In this document: positions 48,900-59,186 of the stretch, piece after piece | Numbering within the stretch: the stretch's first letter is position 1 | How the letters are laid out: every line of letters starts with the position of its first letter | Assembly: GCA_026991575.1 (NCBI GenBank) | Contig: JALXBF010000183.1 | Span: 1 to 64,000, forward strand | DNA: 64,000 nt | From: Planctomycetota bacterium | GTDB lineage: Bacteria > Planctomycetota > Planctomycetia > JALXBF01 | Reading direction: 5' to 3' | Position numbers and translations under genes: made by a program | Notes under the pieces: model-generated | What the model was told of the DNA's origin: nothing | Databases searched by the model: none | What the model saw: only the letters and a program-made list of their open reading frames with translations

Positions 48900-49919
48900 A
48901 TGAGTCTTCCCCGACGCTACGCAAGCCGCCGCCCGGCCAAGCTGCAACTGGCCCACGTGCCAACGCCACTGGAAGAGCACGCCCGGATTCGCACCGGGCT
49001 GTGGGTCAAACGCGACGACTGTACGGGCATCGAGTGGAGCGGAAACAAGATCCGCAAGCTCGCGTATCTGGTCTCCGACGCGCTCATCTCGGGCTGTGAC
49101 ACGCTGGTTACGGTCGGCGCCATCCAGAGCAATCACGCACGGGCCACTGCTGCCGTCGCAGCCCGTCTTGGCCTGCGCTGCGTGCTGATCCTCAGTGGCA
49201 AAGGCTCCGGGGAGACGTGGCGCCTCGGCAACGCGCTCATCGACCGAATCTACGGCGTCGAGCTGGTCCGCGTTGGTGACGACCGCCAGCTGCTTCCAGC
49301 AATGCGCGACGTCTGTGACAAGCTTACCCGTCAGGGGCACCGCCCCTACGCAATTCCGATAGGGGGGACCTGCCCGCTGGCAGCTTGGGGCTACATCGAC
49401 GCGGCCGAGGAACTGTACGATCAGGTCAAACAGCTTGAGCTGCCGGTGCACCGGTTGGTCTGCGCTGCGGGTTCGCTTGGGACGCTGATCGGCCTAGCAT
49501 GCGGGGCACACATGCTGAGCTGGGACGTGCGGGTAACCGGCATCAGCATCAGCTCGACACTGGAGAAGAAACTGGCCTATCTGGAGCGGAGCCTGCGGGA
49601 GACCTGCCAGTTCCTGGCAATCGATTACGATGCGGTGCGGGCTCGTGTTGAACTCTACGACTACGCCGGCGCCGGTTACGGAAAGGCCACACCTGAGGAG
49701 CTGAACTTCCTCGTCCGCGTAGCCCGCGCTACCGGCCTGCTGCTCGATCCGGTTTACACGGCCAAGGCACTGTTCGGTTTCCTGGATCTGTGCCGCCAGC
49801 AACTGGTCGATCCCGAGGAAAACGTCGTTTTCTTCCATACCGGAGGACTGCCCGGGCTGCTAGCCTTCGGAGACGAGCTGGATGCCTGGCTTGAGCCTGT
49901 GCCTGGTCTACCTGAGTGA
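48900..49919 (+). CDS. D-cysteine desulfhydrase / ACC deaminase family PLP enzyme
   Basis: PTPLE, VKRDD...GNKIRKL, GAIQSNHAR, LLDPVYTAKA and FFHTGG. Confidence 0.9.
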   Translation: MSLPRRYASRRPAKLQLAHVPTPLEEHARIRTGLWVKRDDCTGIEWSGNKIRKLAYLVSDALISGCDTLVTVGAIQSNHARATAAVAARLGLRCVLILSGKGSGETWRLGNALIDRIYGVELVRVGDDRQLLPAMRDVCDKLTRQGHRPYAIPIGGTCPLAAWGYIDAAEELYDQVKQLELPVHRLVCAAGSLGTLIGLACGAHMLSWDVRVTGISISSTLEKKLAYLERSLRETCQFLAIDYDAVRARVELYDYAGAGYGKATPEELNFLVRVARATGLLLDPVYTAKALFGFLDLCRQQLVDPEENVVFFHTGGLPGLLAFGDELDAWLEPVPGLPE

Positions 49920-50207
49920 CGGCAGCAGCGCCGGTCGTTGCGGCGGGACTAGCAGCATGACATGACGAAGGGCTTAGCCTCGCGGCCCCGAGTGGCAGCT
50001 GTGACCTGTACCGCCTGGCGGGCCGCTGGGGGGCCTGGCCAGGTCGTGCCACCGGGCAGCCAGCGCGAGCGACGCGGTCAGGCGAGCCGTTGTCACCGGC
50101 AGATCCGGACTGCGCGACGTGTTGCCAGGCGGTTGCGGTTGCCAACCGTTAGGTGCTTGGCCGATCGAAAAGAGGGATTCTGCCCACCGGACGTTGGATG
50201 AGCTTGC

Positions 50208-51110
50208 ATGGGCAAGAGGACGGCCAAGATCTTTGGACCGCTTGCGCGCATCATCCCGACGCTCTGCTCAGCTACCAGCCTGCGCCGCGGGGCGCTGGCT
50301 GCTGGATCGCTCGCAGCGGTTGCGGCAGTCTGGTACGGCCTCGCCTGCGCGCGGGATTACGCGCGAGCCACACTGCAGACCGATTGGGATCGGATCCGCC
50401 TGACCGAACAACCCGGCTGGATTGCCGTACCCCTCAAGGAACGCATCCTGGCACGTAGCACGTTGCCGCGTCGGTTCTCGGTGCTGGAGCCCGGCATAGC
50501 AAAGCGGCTGGCGCGTGCATTCGCACTGGAGCCGTGGATCAAGCGCGTGGTGCGCGTACGGCTGTTCCGATCGGGTGAGGTGGTCGTGGAGGTCGAGTAC
50601 CGCGAGCCGGTAGCAGTCGTCCAGCAAGGGAACAAGCTGGTGCCGGTGGATGCAGAAGCTGTTGTGCTGCCAGTCGGCGAGGTGACTGCCTGGCAGGTAT
50701 ACCCGCGCGTCGTTGTGGGGCGGTCCGCTCGAGCGCCATCACCGGGGTTGTCTTGGGAAAGCGAGGCTGTGCGGGCAGCTGCGGCACTGGCTGCCTTTCT
50801 GGCACCGTACCAGCACAAACTCCAGGTGATCCTCATCGACGCGACCCGCTACCGCGGTGACGCTCCTCCGACCGGCCCGATCGTGCTGGAGACACGCGGG
50901 GGGTCGCGTATCGTGTGGGGCCGCCCCCCGGGGACCAGCTATCCCGGCGAGCTGGCCGCCGAACAGAAACTGCAACGACTTCTCGATTACGTCGACCAGT
51001 TTGGTTCATTAGAGGCTCCTAGTGGTCCGTACGAGATCGACGTGACCCGCTGGACGGGCATGTCCCGCCGCCTTCGTTCGGTGACGCCCTGGCAACCGGT
51101 CGAGCCTTGA
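50208..51110 (+). CDS. ftsQ: Divergent FtsQ/DivIB-like bitopic membrane protein
   Basis: Single TM, then POTRA-end motif PWIKRVVRV...VEVEYREPVAVV...VDAEAVVLP. It sits downstream of murC-murB-ddl. Confidence 0.6.
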   Translation: MGKRTAKIFGPLARIIPTLCSATSLRRGALAAGSLAAVAAVWYGLACARDYARATLQTDWDRIRLTEQPGWIAVPLKERILARSTLPRRFSVLEPGIAKRLARAFALEPWIKRVVRVRLFRSGEVVVEVEYREPVAVVQQGNKLVPVDAEAVVLPVGEVTAWQVYPRVVVGRSARAPSPGLSWESEAVRAAAALAAFLAPYQHKLQVILIDATRYRGDAPPTGPIVLETRGGSRIVWGRPPGTSYPGELAAEQKLQRLLDYVDQFGSLEAPSGPYEIDVTRWTGMSRRLRSVTPWQPVEP

Positions 51111-51546
51111 AGGCGGCTGGGCCCCTGTGGCACTTCGGCCTCGGCAGCGCTCGAGTGTCCACGGCTGCGTGGTGGCTTTTCCCGGTAGAACTCCGCGCAC
51201 GAGGGCTGCACCTGTTTTCGCGGGCGGAACTCCTGCCCCCGCGCACGCTTTGCCCGTTGATCCCTTGCCGCGTTGGCAGAAGGAGCAGGGACTACGATAT
51301 AGTGGTGGATCGGATGACTTGCTGACCGTTGTGGGAGTGGGCGGCACGTGGTGCCGTCGGGCCAATGCCTGCCGGTGTCGGTTGTGGGCGCTGCGGTCGA
51401 TGAGGTGGCCAGCAGCTGATGGTGCTGTCGGGGGTGGCCGGGCGGTCGGTCGACGGTCTAGCTGGGATCAGGGCAGGGAACGTTGAGCATTGGCAGGGCG
51501 GCGGTCGGGCCGATGTCGTCAACGACTGCACTCGGGAGCCGGATCG

Positions 51547-51918
51547 ATGGACGAGGATTCGGTGGAACAGCTCAAGAGGCTTTTCTTGCCGCGGACGTTT
51601 GCCAGCAGCCGAACGTGGACGCCGCCGGTAGATGTGTATCGCACGCCAGTAGGCTGGGCGGTGAAGCTGGATGTTGCCGGCGTGCGGCTGGAGGACATCT
51701 CCTGGCAGATTGAGGGGAACCGGCTGGTGGTGCAGGGGGTCAGACGGGACATATGCGTGCGTCGCGGCTGGCAGGTGTATCAGATGGAGATCGCGTACGC
51801 GCGCTTTCGCCGGACGGTGGAGCTGCCCTGCGATGTCAGCCAAGCGACGGTACGCGTGGAGCAATACGAAGGCATGGTCGTGTTGATCCTGGAGTGCACG
51901 CGCGAGGCGGAAGGATGA
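51547..51918 (+). CDS. Hsp20/alpha-crystallin small heat-shock protein
   Basis: WTPPVDVY, LDVAGV, MEIAYARFRRTVELP and YEGMVVL. Its stop overlaps the lon ATG. Confidence 0.88.
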   Translation: MDEDSVEQLKRLFLPRTFASSRTWTPPVDVYRTPVGWAVKLDVAGVRLEDISWQIEGNRLVVQGVRRDICVRRGWQVYQMEIAYARFRRTVELPCDVSQATVRVEQYEGMVVLILECTREAEG

Positions 51919-54314
51919 GCAACGAAACCGGTGCGGAACGAAGCCAGCAAGAGCGGAGCCCCAGCGCGCTGGAGCCCGGTGCTCAGATGACGCTCCCGTT
52001 GCTGGCCGTGAAGAACACGGTGCTGTTCCCCTACCTGTTTCTGCCGCTGTCGGTCGGACGTGCCAAATCGGTTGCTGCGGTGGAGCAGGCAGTGGCCAGC
52101 GAAGACAAGACGCTGGTCGTTGTGAGCCAGAAGAGTCCGGACGTGGAGACGCCCGGACCGGACGACCTGCACCGCGTTGGGACTCGGGCAGTGATCAAGA
52201 AGCTGTCCCGCGCCGATGGCAGCATGGAGCTACTGGTCCAGGGGATTGATCGTGTGCGGATCCTGGCGTTTACCCGCGAGGAGCCATATCTGGAGGCGCG
52301 CGTCGAGCTGCTGCCAGTGCCGGCGGGCGAAGGCCCTGAGGTGGATGCCCTGTATCGGGAAGTCGAGGCGGCGGCACGGCGCATCGTGGAGCTGTCCCAA
52401 CCGGAGGTCCAGCAGCATCTGATCCAGATCATCCAGCAGGCACCGAGCCGTATCTGGCTCGTGTACATGCTCGGCTCGATGCTCACGCTGGACACGGACA
52501 AAGAGCAGGCGCTTCTGGAGGCGGATACGCTGAAGGACGCCCTGGAGCTGCTGCTGCGGTACCTGAACGAGGAGATTCAGATCCTTGAGCTACGCCGCAA
52601 GATCGCTGAGCGTGCACGCTCGGAGATGACCAAGGAGCAGCGCGAATACATGTTGCGCCAGCAGCTGCGGGCGATCCAAGAAGAACTGGGCGAGACTGCG
52701 CCGGAACTGGAGGACCTGCGCAAGCGAATTGCCGAGGCAGACTTACCGGAGAACGTGCGGACCGAAGCCGAGCGCGAGCTGAGCCGACTGGAACGGATCC
52801 CTACCGCCTCACCCGAGTACCAGGTCGTGCGCACCTACCTGGAGCTGATTGTTGAGCTTCCCTGGAACAAATCCACTCAGGACAACCTCGACATTGAGCA
52901 CGCGCGGCGGGTTCTCGACGAGGACCATCACGACCTGGAGCGCGTCAAGGAACGGATCCTGGAGCACCTTGCCGTCATGCGGCTCAACCCACAGGCGCAT
53001 GGCCCCATTCTCTGTTTCGTCGGGCCCCCTGGTGTGGGGAAGACTTCGCTCGGACAGTCAATTGCGCGTGCGCTGGGGCGGAAGTTCGAACGAATGAGCC
53101 TTGGAGGGCTACACGACGAGGCCGAGTTGCGCGGTCACCGCCGCACGTACGTCGGAGCGATGCCCGGTCGTATCATCCAGGCAATCCGGCGGGCCGGAGT
53201 CAACAACCCGCTGCTTATGCTCGATGAAGTGGACAAGCTCGGTCGTGACTTCCGCGGAGACCCGGCGGCTGCTTTGCTGGAGATCCTCGATCCGGCCCAG
53301 AACCACTCCTTCCGCGATAACTACCTCGACCTGCCGTTCGATCTGTCCCGAGTGTTCTTCATCTGCACGGCGAACACGTTGGACACGATCCCGCGACCGC
53401 TGCTTGACCGGATGGAAGTGCTTCGGCTGGCGGGCTACACGCCAGAGGAGAAGCTGGTCATTGCCCGCCGCTACCTCATCCCGCGCCAGCTTAAGGAGAC
53501 CGGCTTGCCAGCGGAACTGGTGGAGCTGCCCGATGAGACAATCCGGGCAATCATCATGCGATACACGCGTGAGGCCGGGGTGCGCGAGCTGGAGCGGACT
53601 ATTGGCCGGGTGTTTCGCCGCGTGGCGGTAAAGGTCGCCGAAGGGCGACGCGAGCGGACGGTCGTTCGTCCGGAGGACTTGACCGAGTACCTGGGGCCGG
53701 AGCGGTTCGCCCCAGAGCAGCTGCGCCGGAAGCTGCCGCCGGGCGTGGTACCGGGATTAGCGTGGACGGAGTACGGGGGCGAAGTGCTTTACGTGGAGGC
53801 GGTGTTGCTGCCGGAATCGGAGGGCGTGCGGCTGACCGGCTCGCTAGGCGAAGTGATGAAGGAGTCGGCGTATGCGGCGTACAGCTACGTCTGGTCGCGT
53901 GCGGAACGGTACGGCCTTGATCCACGGCAGCTCAAACGCAGCGGTGTCCACATCCACGTGCCTGCTGGTGCGGTGCCGAAGGATGGCCCGTCGGCCGGCG
54001 TTGCCATGCTCACCGCCATTGTCTCTGTGCTGACCGCAGTGCCCGCGGACCCACTGACAGCAATGACCGGCGAAATTACCCTGAGCGGCCTGGTGCTCCC
54101 GGTGGGAGGGATCAAGGAGAAAGTGTTGGCCGCGCACCGCGTGGGGATGAAGCGGGTGCTGCTGCCCGAGCAAAACCGATCCGATCTGGAGGAGATCCCA
54201 CAGGAGGTACAGGAGGCGATCGAGTTTGTCTTTGTCTCCGAAGTCGAAGATGCGTTGCGCGTGGCATTGCCGGGACTGGCCGACAGACTGACCGTGGCCG
54301 GTGCACAGCCGTAG
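51915..54314 (+). CDS. lon: ATP-dependent Lon protease (LonA)
   Basis: LON N-domain, Walker A GPPGVGKTS, LDEVDK, PKDGPSAG (catalytic Ser) and VGGIKEK (catalytic Lys, 43 residues later). Confidence 0.97.
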   Translation: MSNETGAERSQQERSPSALEPGAQMTLPLLAVKNTVLFPYLFLPLSVGRAKSVAAVEQAVASEDKTLVVVSQKSPDVETPGPDDLHRVGTRAVIKKLSRADGSMELLVQGIDRVRILAFTREEPYLEARVELLPVPAGEGPEVDALYREVEAAARRIVELSQPEVQQHLIQIIQQAPSRIWLVYMLGSMLTLDTDKEQALLEADTLKDALELLLRYLNEEIQILELRRKIAERARSEMTKEQREYMLRQQLRAIQEELGETAPELEDLRKRIAEADLPENVRTEAERELSRLERIPTASPEYQVVRTYLELIVELPWNKSTQDNLDIEHARRVLDEDHHDLERVKERILEHLAVMRLNPQAHGPILCFVGPPGVGKTSLGQSIARALGRKFERMSLGGLHDEAELRGHRRTYVGAMPGRIIQAIRRAGVNNPLLMLDEVDKLGRDFRGDPAAALLEILDPAQNHSFRDNYLDLPFDLSRVFFICTANTLDTIPRPLLDRMEVLRLAGYTPEEKLVIARRYLIPRQLKETGLPAELVELPDETIRAIIMRYTREAGVRELERTIGRVFRRVAVKVAEGRRERTVVRPEDLTEYLGPERFAPEQLRRKLPPGVVPGLAWTEYGGEVLYVEAVLLPESEGVRLTGSLGEVMKESAYAAYSYVWSRAERYGLDPRQLKRSGVHIHVPAGAVPKDGPSAGVAMLTAIVSVLTAVPADPLTAMTGEITLSGLVLPVGGIKEKVLAAHRVGMKRVLLPEQNRSDLEEIPQEVQEAIEFVFVSEVEDALRVALPGLADRLTVAGAQP

Positions 54315-55242
54315 CAGCGGCTCGGATGCACGCGCACGCGGCGGTCCCAGCCCGGGCAACACCGTAACCGGACGGGGGCAGAACGTGCCCGGGCGGACGC
54401 AAGCGTCTGCTCGAAAGGGAGCTGCAGTGGGACGGCGCCGTCAGCAGGCCTCGGGCTGCCAGCATGGACGGCAGGGTCAGGAGGCGGTGGCCTCATGCGG
54501 CGAGCTTGCACAAGCCATCGCCGGCGTTTTCAAAAGCCTTCGGGACAGGGTCCGACGTGCAGCGAGCAGTTCTCCCTTCCGTGCTCCAGCGGCTCGCCTG
54601 CCCGTGGCCAGCAGGCGGGTATCACAGCACGATGGCTGCACGTAATGCCTTGCACAGGATAGCGGCAACGGTCGAGCCTCACCGCCTCCCGCGGCATCCC
54701 CGGTGAGTCGGAGGCCGGCGGTGGCGCCGGGAGGAGCTTCCCCGTTGGCCATGCCCCCCCATTGTGACCCGTGCACTACCGGGGACGGTACGGCTGGGCA
54801 TACCAAACCGTACGGGCCTGCGCGTTCTCCGCGGAAGGTTCGGCCACGCAACGTGGCCTGGGGAGCGAGAGTACCCGGTGGACGGCTTGCCGTAGTCTCG
54901 AACGCCAGCTCAGGACGGGAAGAACGCACCTGTGTGGCTACGGGGGCAGTAGTCGAGCAATCCTGCGTTCGGGGGGCTCCCGCGAGGGCTGGTTCAGCGG
55001 GGTTCTCCGGGGACAGTGTGCATTGGCCCAGCCCGGCCGAAAACGGTCAATGCATGCAGTCCCTGCCCGGAGTTCCGGCGACTCATCCCGCCGTCCTGTC
55101 CGCAGGAGCTCGAGCGCACTGGCTCCTCGAGGCGCGTCTGCGGGGGGATCGACTTGGGGCGGGCCAGCAGCTACAATGAGTGGCCCTGCCGTAGCACGGG
55201 TGCGGTGGGGGCAGAAGACCAGAGGACCGAGGAAGGGACGCT

Positions 55243-55983
55243 ATGTTTCCCATCCGAGACACCATTCCACATCGGCGGCCGCCGCTGGCCATGTGGGGAA
55301 TCATTTTGTTGAATGGCCTGGTGTTCTTTCTTGAGCTTTCGCTGCCGCCGGCGGAGCTCGAACGGCTTTTTCGGATGGCAGGGGTGGTGCCAGCGCGACT
55401 AGCCGAGCCTTTCCTTGTCGGCAATCCAGTATTGTTCTTGCAAAGGCTGCCTGCCTATCTGACGCTGCTTACGTGCATGTTCCTGCACGGTGGATGGTTC
55501 CATTTCATTTCGAACATGTGGGCGCTGTGGATCTTCGGGGACAATGTCGAGGACCGCATGGGCTCGGTCCGGTTCGTGGCTTTCTACGTTCTGACCGGAA
55601 TCATCGCCAGCATCGTACACGTGTTGATGGATCCGACTTCGACGGTGCCTGTGGTAGGAGCTTCCGGGGCCATTAGCGGGGTAATGGGAGCGTATATGCT
55701 GTTTTTCCCAACCTCGCGTGTGGTGACTTTGGTGCCGGTCTGGATTTTTCCTTTCTTTTTCGAGGTGCCTGCCGCAGTGTTCATGCTTGTGTGGTTTCTG
55801 ATCCAGCTGCAAAGCGGCCTTTGGTCGCTGGTTGCACCTGAGTTGGTGGGCGGCGTGGCCTGGTGGGCGCACGTGGGTGGTTTTGTCGCCGGTTTGGCCC
55901 TGTGCAAGTTCTTCCAGCTGCCCACGGGCTACTGTCGCAGGTGTGAGCTGGATGAGGGGGTTTGGGAATCGGCCTGGACGTAG
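55243..55983 (+). CDS. Rhomboid family intramembrane serine protease
   Basis: MFLHGGWFHFISNM, GDNVEDRMG, VGASGAISG and AWWAHVGGF. Confidence 0.94.
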   Translation: MFPIRDTIPHRRPPLAMWGIILLNGLVFFLELSLPPAELERLFRMAGVVPARLAEPFLVGNPVLFLQRLPAYLTLLTCMFLHGGWFHFISNMWALWIFGDNVEDRMGSVRFVAFYVLTGIIASIVHVLMDPTSTVPVVGASGAISGVMGAYMLFFPTSRVVTLVPVWIFPFFFEVPAAVFMLVWFLIQLQSGLWSLVAPELVGGVAWWAHVGGFVAGLALCKFFQLPTGYCRRCELDEGVWESAWT

Positions 55984-56005
55984 ACCGACCGACCGGAGGA
56001 AGCAG

Positions 56006-56836
56006 ATGAGCGGCGCGGATCTGATCTGGGGGTTCTTCTTACTCGCGATGCTTCAGCCGCTGTTCCGCCAGCGGATGTTGGAGGCTGCCCGGCAGCGGTT
56101 GATTGCCAAAATCGAGAAAGAACGCGGCTCACGGGTCATCTTGCTGGTACATCGTCAGGAGACGATGAGCCTGCTGGGGTTTCCCGTCTTCCGATACATC
56201 GATATCCACGACTCCGAGGAAGTTATCCGCGCAATCCACCTGACCGATCCGGACCTCCCGATCGACTTGATCCTGCACACGCCTGGCGGACTGGTCTTGG
56301 CGTCACTTCAGATTGCCCGGGCCATCAAGAAGCACCGGGGCAAGGTGACGGTGTTCGTACCGCACTATGCGATGTCCGGCGGGACGCTCATTTCGCTTGC
56401 GGCCGATCAAATCGTGATGAGCCCGCATGCGGTGTTGGGACCGGTTGATCCCCAACTCGGCCAGTATCCGGCCGCCAGCGTGCTGGAGGTCGTTCGAAAG
56501 AAGCCGATCGACAAGGTGGACGACCAGACGTTACTACTGGCGGACCAGGCCGAAAAGGCGATTAATCAGGTGCGCACCGCGGTTGCCGAGTTGCTTGAGG
56601 GCAAGTTGCCGCCGGAGAAGGTCAACGAGTTGGCAAAGTTGCTATCGGAAGGGACCTGGACGCATGATTACCCGATCACGTTCGAGAAGGCCAGGGAGTT
56701 GGGGCTACCGGTCAGCGATGAGATGCCGGACCTGGTCCTGCAACTGATGGCGCTTTACCCTCAGCCGGTGCGCCAACAGCCTACGGTCGAATACCTGCCC
56801 ATGCCTCGGCATCGAGAGGCGCAGCGAACCCGCTGA
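56006..56836 (+). CDS. SDH-family ClpP-fold serine protease
   Basis: HRQET, LHTPGGLVLA, PHYAMSGGTLI, LGPVDPQ and WTHDYPI. GGAGG RBS. Confidence 0.9.
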   Translation: MSGADLIWGFFLLAMLQPLFRQRMLEAARQRLIAKIEKERGSRVILLVHRQETMSLLGFPVFRYIDIHDSEEVIRAIHLTDPDLPIDLILHTPGGLVLASLQIARAIKKHRGKVTVFVPHYAMSGGTLISLAADQIVMSPHAVLGPVDPQLGQYPAASVLEVVRKKPIDKVDDQTLLLADQAEKAINQVRTAVAELLEGKLPPEKVNELAKLLSEGTWTHDYPITFEKARELGLPVSDEMPDLVLQLMALYPQPVRQQPTVEYLPMPRHREAQRTR

Positions 56837-56865
56837 GCGGGCCAGCGTGCAGGTTACCTGGGCGT

Positions 56866-58269
56866 TCAGGACAGGTTGTACTCTTTGATCTTGCGCTGCA
56901 GCGTCCGAAGGCTGATGCCTAGCAGGCGGGCGGCCTCGGTACGTTTCCCTTTGGTGAACTCGAGCGTGCGTCGGATTGCTTCCCGCTCTAGCTCATCCAT
57001 CGTCATGCCCGGACGGAAGATATCGTTTCCGACACTGTGGGTGGAGCGGATGTGTTCTGGCAGGTCGGACACCTCGATGCGGTCGCCTTTGCAAAAGACG
57101 ATCACGCCTTCTAGCGTGTTGCGCAACTCACGCACATTGCCGGGCCATGGATACCGCATCAACACCTTCATCGCTTCCGGGCTTACTTTCAAGGGGGGAC
57201 GACCAGCATCGTCGCAAATCTCACGGACGAAGTGGTCGACCAGCAACGGGATATCCTCGATCCGCTCACGCAGCGGAGGCAGGTAGATCTCGGCGACACG
57301 TAATCGATAGTAAAGGTCCTCGCGGAACTTTCCTTCCTTGACCCGCTCAGCGAGGTCCCGGTTGGTAGCGGCCACCAGGCGCACGTCGACGGCGATCTCC
57401 TGAGTGCTCCCAACCGGCATGATGCGCCGGGTCTCGACAGCACGTAGCAGCTTGGCCTGGGCTCCCGGTGGCAGCTCGCTAACCTCGTCAATGAACAACG
57501 TGCCGCCGTCGGCTGCCTGGAACAGCCCCTTCTTCCTGGCTACTGCTCCGGTGAATGCGCCACGCTCGTGACCAAACAGCTCGCTCTCCAGCAACGACTC
57601 CGGAATGGCCGGGCAGTTGACCGGGATGAACGGCCGGTCAGCACGATCACTGTTGGCGTGGATTGCCCGGGCAACCAACTCCTTGCCTGTGCCACTCTCC
57701 CCGGTAATCAGGACCGTTGCCCGCGTGGGAGCCACGAGCTTGATCTGCTCAAAGACGCGCTGCATGGCCGGCGAGCAGCCCACGAGCATTCCGAAGCGGG
57801 CTTGCTGCTGGACCTGGTCCCGTAGGGCGGCCAACTCCAGTGCGGTAGCCCTCTCGCGCAGACCCCGCCGGACCCGCTCGACGAGCTCGTCCAAGTTGAC
57901 CGGTTTGGTCAAATAGTCCAGTGCACCTTCGCGCAACGCGGCCACCGCCGTGTCGACCGTCGCATGCCCGGTGATCAGGATCACCCCGATGTGAGGCGCG
58001 TTCTCCTGGACGTAGCGGAGCAGATCCAGACCGCTGCCGTCGGGCAACACCAGATCCGTGACGATCAGCCCAACCCTGTCAGGGAGCTCGGCCACCGCTG
58101 CCTTGTAGCTGTCCGCCACGACAACGTCGAATCCTTCCAACTCAAGAAACTCGGCGATGCTTTCCCTGCTGGTCGGATCGTCCTCGACCAGCAGCAGCTT
58201 CCAGTTGCGCGGGATGCCATCGGCCGCGCGTGCCTTCTGTTCAGCCGGTTCGGTGTGATCCAACGTCAT
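56866..58269 (-). CDS. Sigma-54-dependent NtrC-family response regulator
   Basis: Receiver domain (LLVEDD, TDLVLP, TKP), GESGTGKE, GAFTGA, FREDLYYRL, WPGNVREL and a Fis-type HTH. Confidence 0.96.
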   Translation of the reverse strand: MTLDHTEPAEQKARAADGIPRNWKLLLVEDDPTSRESIAEFLELEGFDVVVADSYKAAVAELPDRVGLIVTDLVLPDGSGLDLLRYVQENAPHIGVILITGHATVDTAVAALREGALDYLTKPVNLDELVERVRRGLRERATALELAALRDQVQQQARFGMLVGCSPAMQRVFEQIKLVAPTRATVLITGESGTGKELVARAIHANSDRADRPFIPVNCPAIPESLLESELFGHERGAFTGAVARKKGLFQAADGGTLFIDEVSELPPGAQAKLLRAVETRRIMPVGSTQEIAVDVRLVAATNRDLAERVKEGKFREDLYYRLRVAEIYLPPLRERIEDIPLLVDHFVREICDDAGRPPLKVSPEAMKVLMRYPWPGNVRELRNTLEGVIVFCKGDRIEVSDLPEHIRSTHSVGNDIFRPGMTMDELEREAIRRTLEFTKGKRTEAARLLGISLRTLQRKIKEYNLS

Positions 58270-58994
58270 CGGTTAGCCGGTTGCTCCGCTGCTTGTGTCA
58301 TCACTTGCCCGGCCACGGGCAACCATAGCCGGAAGATCGTACCACGGCCTTCTTCGCTTTGCACCTCGATCCGTCCGCCCATCTCGTCGACCGCTTGCCG
58401 AACGATGGCCAGTCCCAGACCCGTACCTCCCGGCTTGGTGGAGAAGAACGGCTCGAAGATCTTTTCCTGGATCTCCTTTTTCATGCCCTGACCCGTATCC
58501 TGGACTTCCACGAGCACACCCTCATCGCATGCAGGCCGGATGCGCACCGTGAGGCGGCCACCGTCAGGCATGGCTTGCTTGGCATTCAGCACCAGGTTGA
58601 GCAGCACGCTACGCAGCCGATCGCGGTCGGCCCGCACCGGCGGTACATCGGGGGATATGTCCTGTACCACCTCCACCCGGCTTTGCTGCAGGTCCAAGGA
58701 CACGAAGTCGAGCACTTCGGAAGCGATCTGGCAAACGTCAACCGGTTGAAGCGTACTGCGATTCGGGCGGGCGTACGTCAAGAAACTGTGGAACAGGCTG
58801 TCCAGGTCCACGATCAACCGATCCAGCGTGGCCGTGTGCCGTTCGATCCCCTGAGCGTTCGAGGCGACCTTCTTCTTCAGCAAGGCAAGCTGGGCACGCA
58901 TAGCGTTAAGTATGTTGCGTGCCTCGTGCACGAGCTTGGGCGCAAGTTCCTTAAGGCTGTCGTCACGGCCCACTTGGCCTATGGTGTCCGTCAT
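58266..58994 (-). CDS. Short cytoplasmic histidine kinase without a sensor domain
   Basis: H-box VHEARN, N-box NLVLNA, DTGQGM, FEPFFSTK and GTGLGL. Only about 20 aa precede the H-box. Confidence 0.9.
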   Translation of the reverse strand: MTDTIGQVGRDDSLKELAPKLVHEARNILNAMRAQLALLKKKVASNAQGIERHTATLDRLIVDLDSLFHSFLTYARPNRSTLQPVDVCQIASEVLDFVSLDLQQSRVEVVQDISPDVPPVRADRDRLRSVLLNLVLNAKQAMPDGGRLTVRIRPACDEGVLVEVQDTGQGMKKEIQEKIFEPFFSTKPGGTGLGLAIVRQAVDEMGGRIEVQSEEGRGTIFRLWLPVAGQVMTQAAEQPANR

Positions 58995-59186
58995 CGGTAA
59001 CTGCTCTCACGCGGTGGCGCCAACTCGGACCACCAAGTCCAATCCCCATTCTAGAAGCGATAGCAGTGCTACCGCGTTCCCACCAGGTGCCAGGCAGCAC
59101 GGAAGACGAGCGGCTGCAGGTTGCTCATGGGCACGGCTACGTTTCCCTTGCTAAAGAACCTGCCGGGCAGCGACGTCCTGTGGCGG

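Noticed and set aside
51915..54314. LonA as a CRISPR-associated protease
   Set aside because: It is a canonical AAA+ LonA with no sensor domain, located in a heat-shock context.
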